In this document: one piece after another, positions 20,185 through 30,000 of the stretch | Numbering within the stretch: position 1 is the first letter of the stretch | How the letters are laid out: each line of letters begins with the position of its first letter | From: Gammaproteobacteria bacterium | Lineage (GTDB): Bacteria > Pseudomonadota > Gammaproteobacteria > G965277405 | Assembly (NCBI GenBank): GCA_965277405.1 | Contig: OZ255726.1 | Span: 1,696,001-1,760,000, forward strand | Direction: 5' to 3' | DNA: 64,000 nt | Translations under genes and position numbers: made by a program | The notes under the pieces: generated by a model | The model's database searches: none | What the model was told of the DNA's origin: nothing | The model's input: only the letters and a program-made list of their open reading frames with translations

Positions 20185-20464
20185 TGATATAAATAATTTG
20201 TTTTTTTTGAGGCTGCTGTAACCCCATTTCTACTGCACGCTGTTCGATATAACTTGGGTTAGCGAAAGTGTTTTCTTCTAGTAATAGGCTGTTTTGATCA
20301 AGCTCTAGTCGTTCATATTCCATTATTAACTGTTGTTTGTTAATAGTGATAGACCGAGCATTGTGGCTCAAAAAAATCACAGAAAGAGCGCTAAACATCA
20401 CACTAAAAACCAGCACGTTATTGACAATGCCATGTTGCTGCAACAGTTGTTTAAGTGCTTGCAT
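20177..20464 (-). CDS. ftsL: Cell division protein FtsL (start probably ATG 20464)
   Basis: TM helix plus leucine-zipper region (LLLEENTF..IEQRA); between rsmH and ftsI. Confidence 0.8.
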   Translation of the reverse strand: MQALKQLLQQHGIVNNVLVFSVMFSALSVIFLSHNARSITINKQQLIMEYERLELDQNSLLLEENTFANPSYIEQRAVEMGLQQPQKKQIIYITK

Positions 20465-21371
20465 ACTGCACCTTTTCTGCCACACGCAACACCGCGCTGC
20501 GTGCACGTGGATTGCTGTCTACTTCCTGTTGACTGGCGGTTATTCTCGAGATCTTTTTCAACCTAGCTGCGCGGAGCAGGGTGCCGGCAGCAAAATTCTT
20601 GTGCGCAAACTCTGGCGTAGCTTCGTCACGAATAAACCGCTTTACAATACGGTCTTCCAACGAATGAAAACTGATGCATGCAAGGCGTGAATGCGGTGTT
20701 AGCCAATCAATTATTGTTTGCAGCATTGCCGTCAATTGATCAAGTTCGTCATTAATAGCAATGCGAATCGCTTGGAATACCCGTGTTGCCGGGTGCTTGT
20801 GCTTATCAATGCGAGGTTGTGCTTGGCGAATGACATTGACCAACGCTGCAGTCGTGTGTATTGGCTGCCTTGCCCTAGTCGTTGCTATTGCAGTGGCAAT
20901 GCGCTTGGCAAAACGTTCTTCGCCATATTTTTTGAACACGCAGGACATTTCGTCAACACTCGATGTGGCAATCCAGTCTTTCGCGGATTGACCCTGTGTT
21001 TGGTTCATCCGCATATCAAGCTCTGCATTTTGCATAAATGAAAATCCACGCGCTGCTTGATTGATTTGCATCGAAGAAACACCAAGGTCAAACCATGCCC
21101 CATCAATCGATGTAATGTTTTTTTTTCTCAATATTTCAGGAAAATTAGCAAAATGTGCGTGATACAGGGACAGCCGCGCATCGTCATTGCTATTCGCGCG
21201 TATCGCCTCTGCATCGCAATCAATCGCAATGATTCTGCCTTCCGGGTCTAGTTTATCAAGTACTGCGCGCGCGTGGCCGCCAGCGCCAAAGGTGCCGTCA
21301 AGATACAGACCCTTCGGATTAGTAACCACTGCGGCCACCAAAGGTTCGAGCAAAACGGGAATATGATTCAT
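20451..21371 (-). CDS. rsmH: 16S rRNA m4C1402 methyltransferase
   Basis: HIPVLL, DGTFGAGGH, DLGVSSMQ, LDMRM, ISFHSLEDRIVK, NPRARSA. Confidence 0.96.
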   Translation of the reverse strand: MNHIPVLLEPLVAAVVTNPKGLYLDGTFGAGGHARAVLDKLDPEGRIIAIDCDAEAIRANSNDDARLSLYHAHFANFPEILRKKNITSIDGAWFDLGVSSMQINQAARGFSFMQNAELDMRMNQTQGQSAKDWIATSSVDEMSCVFKKYGEERFAKRIATAIATTRARQPIHTTAALVNVIRQAQPRIDKHKHPATRVFQAIRIAINDELDQLTAMLQTIIDWLTPHSRLACISFHSLEDRIVKRFIRDEATPEFAHKNFAAGTLLRAARLKKISRITASQQEVDSNPRARSAVLRVAEKVQYAST

Positions 21372-21838
21372 GATAAAGGCAAATTCTTGTAGTCATCATT
21401 TTCGTACAGCTCCTCGACATCTATTGGCTGCTTATCCCATTGTTCGTGATGTTTTTTGCTCCAAATTTCAAAAACATCACCGGTGCCAACGAGAGAAATA
21501 TCGTGGTGTAATTCGGCATACTCACGCAGCGGCTGCGGAATAAGAATTCTACCGCTGCCATCTAAATCTATTTCATCTGCATTGCCAACAACTTGGCGGC
21601 GCAGCGCTTGGGTGAGCGGTTTATTTTGTGGCAGCTTACTGATTTGTTGCACGAGCTGCTGCCAAGGCAGTAACGGGTATAGGACTAAAAATGGCGCAGC
21701 CGCATTCACCCCGCGTGTTGCCACGAGTGTGTTGTTAGATTCTGATTGCAGCACGTCACGATACTTGGTTGGTATGGCTAGGCGACTTTGCGAATCAAGC
21801 TTGACCAGTTTGGTCCCTGTAAACTGCCCGATAGACAC
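21368..21838 (-). CDS. mraZ: Transcriptional regulator MraZ (start probably GTG 21838)
   Basis: LDSQSRLAIP and LDGSGRILIP DxxxR motifs, FEIWS; first gene of dcw. Confidence 0.9.
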   Translation of the reverse strand: MSIGQFTGTKLVKLDSQSRLAIPTKYRDVLQSESNNTLVATRGVNAAAPFLVLYPLLPWQQLVQQISKLPQNKPLTQALRRQVVGNADEIDLDGSGRILIPQPLREYAELHHDISLVGTGDVFEIWSKKHHEQWDKQPIDVEELYENDDYKNLPLS

Positions 21839-21843
21839 ATTGT

Positions 21844-21888
21844 TCCCAATTAATCCCAGATAGCTGCATATTACTCCATTTAACTCCA
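21844..21888 (-). promoter_or_regulatory. MraZ operator: five pentamer boxes at 10-bp period
   Basis: Minus strand TGGAG-n5-TGGAG-n5-TGCAG-n5-TGGGA-n5-TGGGA immediately upstream of mraZ, resembling the known TGGGN direct repeats. Confidence 0.82.
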
Positions 21889-22156
21889 TTTTAAAAGAGC
21901 TATACGCATAAATCTGGTTTTGGATGCAGCTAATCCCAAATTCATCATGCCAACAATCAAAATCTAGGAGACAGTTAAATTCTAGGCGGATGCGCTGCTG
22001 CAATTATGTCGAGCCGGGTAATCCACCGCCTACCCACAAACTTTGCGCAATATCATTGCGCCGCAGCGGTGTTTTGCAGGAGCAGTTGCAACGTTGAGCT
22101 CGCAATGCTTACGCGGATGTAACAGGGTGAAAACTTCCATTTGAGCTTGCTTAATG

Positions 22157-22184
22157 CTTGAAATCACGAAGAGAAACCGCATTT
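22157..22184 (+). promoter_or_regulatory. Sigma-32 (RpoH) promoter of htpG
   Basis: CTTGAAA-13 nt-CCGCATTT versus consensus CTTGAAA-N13/14-CCCCATNT, about 50 nt upstream of the htpG ATG. Confidence 0.8.
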
Positions 22185-22233
22185 AGCAGCAGCGTTGCCC
22201 ACACTTTTTAACTTTTTATATACAAACATAACT

Positions 22234-24120
22234 ATGAGCGAAAAATTCGGATATCAAACTGAGGTCAAGCAGCTATTGCACTTGGTCATACATTCGTTGT
22301 ACTCAGATAAAGAAATATTTTTGCGCGAGCTGGTGTCAAATGCTGCGGATGCGATTGATAAATTACGCTTTGCCGCGTTAAGCGATGCCAAACTGACAAA
22401 AGGTGATAGTGAGTTGCGAATTCGCGTGGAATGCGATGCGCAGAAAAAACAAATTAGCATTATTGATAATGGCATCGGCATGTCGCGTGAGGAAGTCATT
22501 AGCAACTTAGGAACTATAGCAAAATCAGGAACCGCAGATTTTTTGGCAAAGCTGAATGATGATCAGAAAAAAAATGCTGAATTAATCGGTCAATTTGGCG
22601 TTGGTTTTTATTCTTCTTTCATTGTCGCTGATAATGTCGAGGTATTTACTCGGCGCGCAGACTTGCCCGCAGACCAAGGAGTGCATTGGCAGAGCAATGG
22701 TGCCGATGGCTATGAGTTAGACACGTGGCTTGGCGAGCAACGCGGTACAACCGTGGTGTTGCATTTAAATAAAGAGCAAAAAGATTTTGCTGAAGAATAT
22801 AAACTGCGCAGCATTATAAAAAAATACTCAGACCATTTGTCAGTGCCCGTTCAGCTCCCTAAAAAAGATGATGATGGCAAAGTTGTTAAAGGTGAGTTTG
22901 AAACAGTGAATCAAGCAAAGTCATTGTGGACACGTGGAAAAACTGAAATAAGCAACGATGAATATCAGGAGTTTTATAAGCATATTTCCCATGATTTTGA
23001 AAATGCGCTGACGTGGTCACATAACAAAAAAGAGGGCAAACTAGAGTATACCTTCTTACTGTATATTCCCAAACGCGCTCCATTTGATTTGTATGACCGA
23101 TCAGCACCGCGAGGGCTGCAGTTGTATGTGCAACGTGTATTTATTTTGGATAACGCAGAGCAGTTTTTGCCACTATACCTGCGCTTTGTCCGCGGGGTTG
23201 TCGACTCGAGTGACTTATCGCTGAATATTTCTCGTGAAATTTTGCAGCAAGACAAAAGCGTCGACACCATGAAAGCCGCTATCACCAAAGCGGCGCTTGA
23301 CGTTTTGAACAAATTGGCAAAAAAATCCGCTGATGACTATCAAGTGTTTTGGGAAACGTTTGGGCAAGTGTTCAAAGAAGGCATCGGCGAAGACTTTACC
23401 AATAAAGAAAAAATATCTGCACTGTTACGATTTTCCAGCACAGCAGCAAACAACGCGACCAATACTGTGGCGCTTGAGCAATACGTTGACCGCATGACAA
23501 GCGACCAACAACATATTTATTATTTGGTTGGTGATTCTTGGAATGCAGTGAAAAGCAGTCCGTTGCTTGAAGTCTTTCGCAAAAACGACATCGAAGTGTT
23601 GCTGCTGAATCAGCCAATAGACGAATGGATGATGGGACAAATGCCTGAATTTGCTGATAAAAAATTCAAAGATATCTCTAAAGGTGATACTGAATTAACC
23701 AAGAACAGCAAAGACGAACAGAGTAGCACAGCAGAAGATGACAGCAGTAAAGATGCAAAAAAAGAGCTGCTGGAGCGCATTAAAACCGTGTTGGCTGATC
23801 AAGTTGAGGAGGTGAAATCAACTAATAGACTTGTTGATTCTCCAGCATGTTTGTTGATTCCTGAGCATGCAATGGGTGAACAAATGCGTCGGTTGATGGC
23901 AGCGTCTGGTCAAGTAGTGCCAAAATCCAAGCCAATTTTAGAAATTAACGACGAGCACCAACTCATACGGCATTTACACGCAACCACAGAAGACGAGCAA
24001 TTTGCCACGTTAGCCAATATTGTTTTCGACCAAGCAACGCTGGCCAGTGGTCGTCAGCTTGATGACCCAGTGCGTTATGTGAACCGCATCAATGAATACA
24101 TGGTGAAAGGTTTATCTTAG
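22234..24120 (+). CDS. htpG: Chaperone HtpG (Hsp90); start probably ATG 22234
   Basis: YSDKEIFLRELVSNAADA, DNGIGM, IGQFGVGFYS, LNISREILQ. Confidence 0.97.
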   Translation: MSEKFGYQTEVKQLLHLVIHSLYSDKEIFLRELVSNAADAIDKLRFAALSDAKLTKGDSELRIRVECDAQKKQISIIDNGIGMSREEVISNLGTIAKSGTADFLAKLNDDQKKNAELIGQFGVGFYSSFIVADNVEVFTRRADLPADQGVHWQSNGADGYELDTWLGEQRGTTVVLHLNKEQKDFAEEYKLRSIIKKYSDHLSVPVQLPKKDDDGKVVKGEFETVNQAKSLWTRGKTEISNDEYQEFYKHISHDFENALTWSHNKKEGKLEYTFLLYIPKRAPFDLYDRSAPRGLQLYVQRVFILDNAEQFLPLYLRFVRGVVDSSDLSLNISREILQQDKSVDTMKAAITKAALDVLNKLAKKSADDYQVFWETFGQVFKEGIGEDFTNKEKISALLRFSSTAANNATNTVALEQYVDRMTSDQQHIYYLVGDSWNAVKSSPLLEVFRKNDIEVLLLNQPIDEWMMGQMPEFADKKFKDISKGDTELTKNSKDEQSSTAEDDSSKDAKKELLERIKTVLADQVEEVKSTNRLVDSPACLLIPEHAMGEQMRRLMAASGQVVPKSKPILEINDEHQLIRHLHATTEDEQFATLANIVFDQATLASGRQLDDPVRYVNRINEYMVKGLS

Positions 24121-24172
24121 CAAGTTCTGAATAGATCCCTGAAGGAACTTCCCTAATCCACGGGCGTCGATA

Positions 24173-25408
24173 TTACTGGTCGGTACTTGCTGTAAGAAAT
24201 ACGACCAGCTGTGCTTGTTGAACCCGTTCACTGGAATAATGAAATAGCCAGCCAAGCAGTGGGATATCAGCAAACCACGGTACTTTTTTATCTTCGCTGA
24301 TATACATTGCTTGGAAGACGCCGCCGATGCTGAGGGTTTCTTGATTGTTGACAATCACCTCTGTCATTAATTTGTTTGAATCGACGCTCGGCACTGTGTT
24401 ATAAACTGTGCCGACAGTGTCTTGGTTAATTTGTAGCATCAAGTGAATCCTGCCATTGGCGAGCAATGTTGGGGTGACTTCAAGCGCGAGTGCTGCTTCT
24501 TTAAATGTAACATTAGTATCCGCCTCGGTGCTGACCACATAGGCAATTTCTGTTCCTGTGGATATACGCGCGGTAGCTCCAGACTGCGTTTTAATATGAG
24601 GTTGGGCTAATACTTTAACAGTGCCAGTGCTTTGTAACGCGCTAATTTGTAAAGCTAGCAGATTATTTGCGGAACTATATGCAGTTGTGATGGCAGCGAT
24701 GGGGTTGGAGATACCAAGATCCAGCACTGTATTGGAGTTATTCGCACCACTCAAAGCCACACCGCCACTGCGGATATTGGCGTTCAGCGTATTCCCAAGA
24801 GCCTCAACAATATCAACACGCCCCAAGACAATCCGTGCTTGAATTATAATTGTTGGCGGTTGCGTATCGAGCATCTCGAATAATTGCCGCAGTGCTTGGT
24901 GCTGTGAGACTGCGGTTAATAGCCAAACTTGCTGATGACCGACGAGAACGACCGCTGTTGTTATTGGTTGAATAATTTTTGCAAATGCAGCTGCTGTAAG
25001 CGCTTGCGGGTGGTAGACCATCCACAGCGCTGGATTTTTTTGTGGCTTGTGCGCCGCTATTGTATTTGATTGTATCGGTTTTGGCTTGCGCAAATACCAA
25101 ACATCATTGTGACGGTGTAGCGTTAAACCTGCTGCGCTGGCAAGTGCTGCTAATACTTTTGGCCACGGCATTGGAGGAATATTGATGCTAATATACACGT
25201 CATCAGCAGCAGCAACATGCATCGTTTGTTGGGTACGTGAGCTGAGCAATGCTAGTGCTTCACTCAGACGGATATGCTTAAAATTCATCGATGACTGCTC
25301 GTCTGCGCTAACAGCAGTCGCCAATTGCATAACAAATAGACATAACATCAGTTGTGCACATGTTTGCAGCAGCTCCCAAGCGGCTTGAATTGCCTTACTT
25401 GGCTGCAA
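24173..25408 (-). CDS. Short type IV pilus/competence secretin (HofQ/ComE/PilQ-like)
   Basis: IIIQARIV, GTEIAY, FKEAALALEVTP, LSIGGVF, KVPWFADIPLLGWLF; 411 aa, too short for AMIN domains. Confidence 0.85.
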   Translation of the reverse strand: MQPSKAIQAAWELLQTCAQLMLCLFVMQLATAVSADEQSSMNFKHIRLSEALALLSSRTQQTMHVAAADDVYISINIPPMPWPKVLAALASAAGLTLHRHNDVWYLRKPKPIQSNTIAAHKPQKNPALWMVYHPQALTAAAFAKIIQPITTAVVLVGHQQVWLLTAVSQHQALRQLFEMLDTQPPTIIIQARIVLGRVDIVEALGNTLNANIRSGGVALSGANNSNTVLDLGISNPIAAITTAYSSANNLLALQISALQSTGTVKVLAQPHIKTQSGATARISTGTEIAYVVSTEADTNVTFKEAALALEVTPTLLANGRIHLMLQINQDTVGTVYNTVPSVDSNKLMTEVIVNNQETLSIGGVFQAMYISEDKKVPWFADIPLLGWLFHYSSERVQQAQLVVFLTASTDQ

Positions 25409-25838
25409 TTACTTCGCCAGGTAAGTATGGTAGCCCGTCAACTTCAATGGCAGCAGTTGCGGTATTGATGATGCGAGCAACATCACCAGAGGTAAGTAGC
25501 TGATGCCTGCCACCAAAGTCAAACAGTAATTGCATATCAGTTTTCCACAGAAACATCCCTTGATAGCGTGCCCCGATGAGTGTATTTACATGAGCTGGTG
25601 CTGGCTTTTTGGCGAGAAAAAAAGGCGAAAGCAGTTGCTGTGGTTGGCGGATTTCCAAGGGTGCAGTCTTGGTTACCAGCGGCTGTGCCGCAACGAGTGT
25701 GGCTGGTTCAAAAGTGCATCCAACTTGCAAACTGAGAGAAAACAGCCATGCTAGGCGATGGCAGCAACATAGCAGCAGTCGTTGCCAATCATTAGCCGGT
25801 ACTGTGGTTTGCGCCTTGTTTACCAGTTGCACCCGCAT
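25395..25838 (-). CDS. Putative PilP/HofP-like protein
   Basis: Directly upstream of the secretin; SPF motif then YQGM beta region; very divergent. Confidence 0.4.
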   Translation of the reverse strand: MRVQLVNKAQTTVPANDWQRLLLCCCHRLAWLFSLSLQVGCTFEPATLVAAQPLVTKTAPLEIRQPQQLLSPFFLAKKPAPAHVNTLIGARYQGMFLWKTDMQLLFDFGGRHQLLTSGDVARIINTATAAIEVDGLPYLPGEVIAAK

Positions 25839-25844
25839 CGGTGT

Positions 25845-26384
25845 TCAGTACCCATTATGCAGATCAGTTAATTGCTCCGCAGTTACAGGCGTATCTTGCT
25901 GCAAGGGTTGCAACAGATACATTACAAGATCAATGTGAATGTCCGCACCAACAGCTTGCAACTGGTAGCGTTCAAGCAATATTGCTGGGTGCTGCAATAC
26001 GTGATACAACAACTTGGCAGCTGCTGCAAAGGGCATTGAGAAACGGGCATGGGCGCGTTGCCAGCGTATTTGCTGTAGTACTTGCAACTGCTCAAATTGC
26101 ACTTGCTCAGCTTGTTGTAATATCTTCGTTTGCTCGGTAGCGCTTGATTGCAACGACTTAACCACTGCGCGTTGCGTTGCTTGTTGCTGCTTAAGTTGTG
26201 TCAAGGTGTGCACTGCCATATGCCAGTCATGTTGGATGTTGCTCACTGCTTGGCGGTGTTGGGCGTAAACAATAGTTGTGGTGATTATCAGCATCAGCAC
26301 TAAAAATATTGTTGGAATTGCCACAATAGCTAGCCAGCGTGACCAGATGATTGACCAGAACAGGCGCTGTAGCGGCAATAACAT
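25845..26384 (-). CDS. Putative PilO/HofO-like protein
   Basis: N-terminal TM helix, coiled coil, operon position. Confidence 0.4.
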   Translation of the reverse strand: MLLPLQRLFWSIIWSRWLAIVAIPTIFLVLMLIITTTIVYAQHRQAVSNIQHDWHMAVHTLTQLKQQQATQRAVVKSLQSSATEQTKILQQAEQVQFEQLQVLQQIRWQRAHARFSMPFAAAAKLLYHVLQHPAILLERYQLQAVGADIHIDLVMYLLQPLQQDTPVTAEQLTDLHNGY

Positions 26385-26415
26385 TTCAAGTAGCTTGCAG
26401 CTTTAGCAAAACCGC

Positions 26416-27000
26416 TTAGCGAAAAGAAAGCAAAAATTGCGAATCTTGCATCGAATCGATTTGGCTTTCCTGAATATATTGCTGTTGCCGCATCCAATCC
26501 CTCAACACAGTTGGGGTATTTGCTTGGCTGCGCACATGCCAAATAGCGCTGCTACCATCGCTTGTGGCTTGGGTTAGATGATATTGCTGCCGCAGTTGCG
26601 AAGCTGCGGCTAAATCAAGCAACACCTGCCAACTGGCTGTGTTAAAACGATGGTGTTTGAGTGCAGTATTTAACTCGGCATTGTGTTGCCGCTGTATGGC
26701 GGCAATATGCCGTTGTATAGTTACTATCGATGCGCTGTTTGCCGCGTTGGCATCAATACTGTTGGCATGCAGTTGCATGGTAGTGATGGCTACGCAGCAT
26801 GTTACTGCAAGTACTGCCATTGCTGTAGCACAGCAATGGCGTTTGATGATGCGGTTATATCCACCAAATTGATGGGTTGCTGGGAGGATGGGTGCCGCGC
26901 TATTTTTTTTCTGAAAAACTGGTGCGAAACGCAGCTTTAAGCTTGATGTTAGGGTCCGTATATGGACCTGCAATGGTGTATTCTGCGCTGGTGAATGCAT
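26416..27000 (-). CDS. Putative PilN/HofN-like protein (start uncertain)
   Basis: Hydrophobic helix plus coiled coil; operon position; longest ORF overlaps yhdP by about 100 nt. Confidence 0.35.
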   Translation of the reverse strand: MHSPAQNTPLQVHIRTLTSSLKLRFAPVFQKKNSAAPILPATHQFGGYNRIIKRHCCATAMAVLAVTCCVAITTMQLHANSIDANAANSASIVTIQRHIAAIQRQHNAELNTALKHHRFNTASWQVLLDLAAASQLRQQYHLTQATSDGSSAIWHVRSQANTPTVLRDWMRQQQYIQESQIDSMQDSQFLLSFR

Positions 27001-30000
27001 CGAGTGGGCTATTTTGAAAAAGGCTCAGCAATAATACCGACAAAACGGTTATCGGAGCTGCACCTGCTAATACCGTTACTAATGGCAGCGATTTGCGGAT
27101 TGATACAGTCAAAATTATATCATGGTCGAGGGTTTGATTGACGATATCTGTTATCCCCTGGCCGAGTACTTTGAGCGTTGGTCCATTAAAGAAATATGGT
27201 GATGTCGACGTCAGGTAGCCGCCACTAATATCAAATTCCGATTTAATTTGTGTAAAAGGTAATGTTTGGTTTTTTTCGATCAAGTCGAGTTTAAAATTCA
27301 ATGCTAAGAACTCAAGGTTGAGGAAGCCAAGTAATTTAAACAATGGGTTATCAAATAGTTTTTCATGGACACTTCCATCAGCAAATTGCAAGTTCACGGA
27401 GCCTTCGACATTGCCAGGTTGTAGGTTGATAGGTGAACCTGGCCAGCTAATATTTGCAGATAAAACACCAGATTTTGCCGATATTACCCCAGCAAAATTA
27501 GCAATATCACTACCATGCATGTGCATGTCAAAACCACTGGCAGTCTGTCGACCATTGGAGAGCCAATACCCATCAGCATACAAATAAACCATATCTTTAT
27601 GCATTTTCAATGATTTTACCACGAAGCCATCAGCTGTTGGTTGCGACGCTAGCTGCAATTCGCCAAAATCAGCGCCATTGATAAATAAGCGGTCAATATT
27701 TATTTTGGTGGTAGGGAGTATGCTGGGGTTGAAGGATGCCAATGGGTCGGTGTCTGGTGTGGTTATAGATGCGTCTGCTGCAGTTTCGGCAAAATTCAAG
27801 TGTAGTTTTTTAAAGTCGATGCGCAAATCATGCGTTGTTGCAAAGTCCCACGTTAGATCAGCGTTGACATCAGGTGACGCAATACTGGCATTGAAGCGTT
27901 CAGCGTGATAGTGGTGTAACAAGGAAATGTCGTTGAAGACAAGTGAGCCGATATCAAGCACACCAACATCGATTGCTATCGTGCTAAATACGTTGGTAGC
28001 GGCGCGCAGTGCTTGCTCAGGTGTATTCGCAGTATTTAGCAAGGCGCCTGGAAAATTGGTGTTTGACCACTGTATCAGTTCTGGAAGTAGCAGCGATGAC
28101 ACGCTAATATCGATGTCTGCTTGTTGATTTTCTGAGGTAAAATCGCCATCAAATAGTTGCTGCGGGAAGACGCCGAGGACACGAATATGATGTTCCGCTG
28201 CAAGGGTAACGGCGTATTTGGCGTCGGGTTGTTTGGCGATGGAGATGAACGTCGCCAGCGTGCTTTGCGGTGACTTCCCCCAATCATTGGGGAATAACAA
28301 CTCGCTCCCTTGCAAGTCTGTTTGCAGCAATGCGCTGCTGAATTCGCCTGCTGTATGTTGGATATCTGCAGTAAAACGACTGGTACCTGTAATAATGTTA
28401 TTGACTAGATCAAGGTTGAATGTGGAAAATAACGCAGGGCTAAACGTGCCTTCTATATGCAATGTATTGCGAGCATCCCTAGCTGATTGTTGGACGACGT
28501 TACTCACAACAATGGCATTGCCTGCAATATCTAGAGAAATTGGCGTAGTGGTAGTAACTCCGTGCGTGTCGATATGGATTGTGCCAGTGGCATTGCTAAA
28601 GGTAACAGCGTTGCCAATGAGGGCGGCTGCTACGCCATCCAGCTTTGAGTCGACGGTGAACTTTGCATGCTCTGGCGCATTGATATCAAGCGTTAAGTCA
28701 AGCTGTGTGTCGATATTCCCTGCGGTTTGTGTTAAGCGCGGTAGTTTTTTTGCCGAAAATTCATTGGCGATATCTAATAAATGTGATAACGGCGCCTTTG
28801 TTGTTGCATGCGCGGTCATCTGCCCATTATAAAGAAAACTAAATTGCTCGATTTGCGCGGCTGCGTTTGCATAACTAGCATTTCCTTGCTCGATAAACAC
28901 CCCGTTAGGGCGTAGCGATACCTCAGCCGACTTAACAGTTAGCGGACGCATAAATTTTGTGGTTACCAGCCCTTGTTGCACCCTCCAATCGCCATCAAAG
29001 ATAAACGATCGCAAGTTTTTGCCATATTTGCCGTATTGCAACATGAAACAGCCTGCAAAATTTCCTTTGGTAAGCGACGCTTGCATCCAATCTCCTGCTG
29101 TTGTATTGATGACAAGATATGGAATCAGGTTGTGGGTTTGCGTGATTGATAATTGCGGGTGGCAGGTTTTAAAATATGTTTGGTGGATGCCGTTAGCTAA
29201 GCCAAGAAAATCAACTGCAATGTATATGTTTTTGTGCTCATTTTCAAGATAGCCACTGCCTTGAACGAGGAGGAATGGATCGGTATTTCGGTCAGGCAAC
29301 AGCGTATCAAGGTCAATAGTGAAAGCCCCATTGCCATTGCTCAGATACATAGGTTTTGTATAGAGTCTGGTGTCGATAAACGACCATTGCTGCATTGGAT
29401 AGGCAATGGTCGCCAGGTTGTTTTTCAGCTCGATGCGTGAAGTAATATGTTCCAGTTTGACGGTTTTATACTGCATTGATACATTGGCTATTGTTGCATG
29501 ACCGTGCGCACACTGGCGTTGGCGATCCCATACCAATATAGCATCGACTACATGACCAGCAGAAATTGTTAGCGCGGAGAGATCTGCGTCCGTCACCAGT
29601 CCACATATATGTGGACAAAGCATGCCTATATCAACCAAGGATATTTTGGGAATCATGACAGCGTATGCAGCAGCATCGGCATACGCGGAGATAGCAGCGA
29701 TTGCAACAACTGTGTCGTTGATGCGCACCCGCTGCGGGGACATGGCGATATACAGCGCATTATTTTTGTATACGCCGTTGATGACTGATGAAAACGCTGC
29801 CATCAATGTTGGTGTTTGCAGGCGTGTTGTATTGGCTTGTACTCGAAACTGCAAGGTTTCTGCTGCAAGGTCTCCAGTTGCAGCAACAACAATATTACTG
29901 CTGAGTTGTGTTTTGCCATCTTGTTGGGGCTGGTAGTTATCTAGTTGCAACTTGAGGTTGATGGCAGCAGTGCCAAATTTGTCGATTTGTGCGCTACCAT

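Noticed and set aside
21839-22003. Long N-terminal extension of MraZ (similarly MurC, Gmk, NqrE, NqrF, HtpG)
   Set aside because: Artefact of longest-ORF calling; family similarity starts at downstream start codons, and the MraZ operator lies in this stretch.
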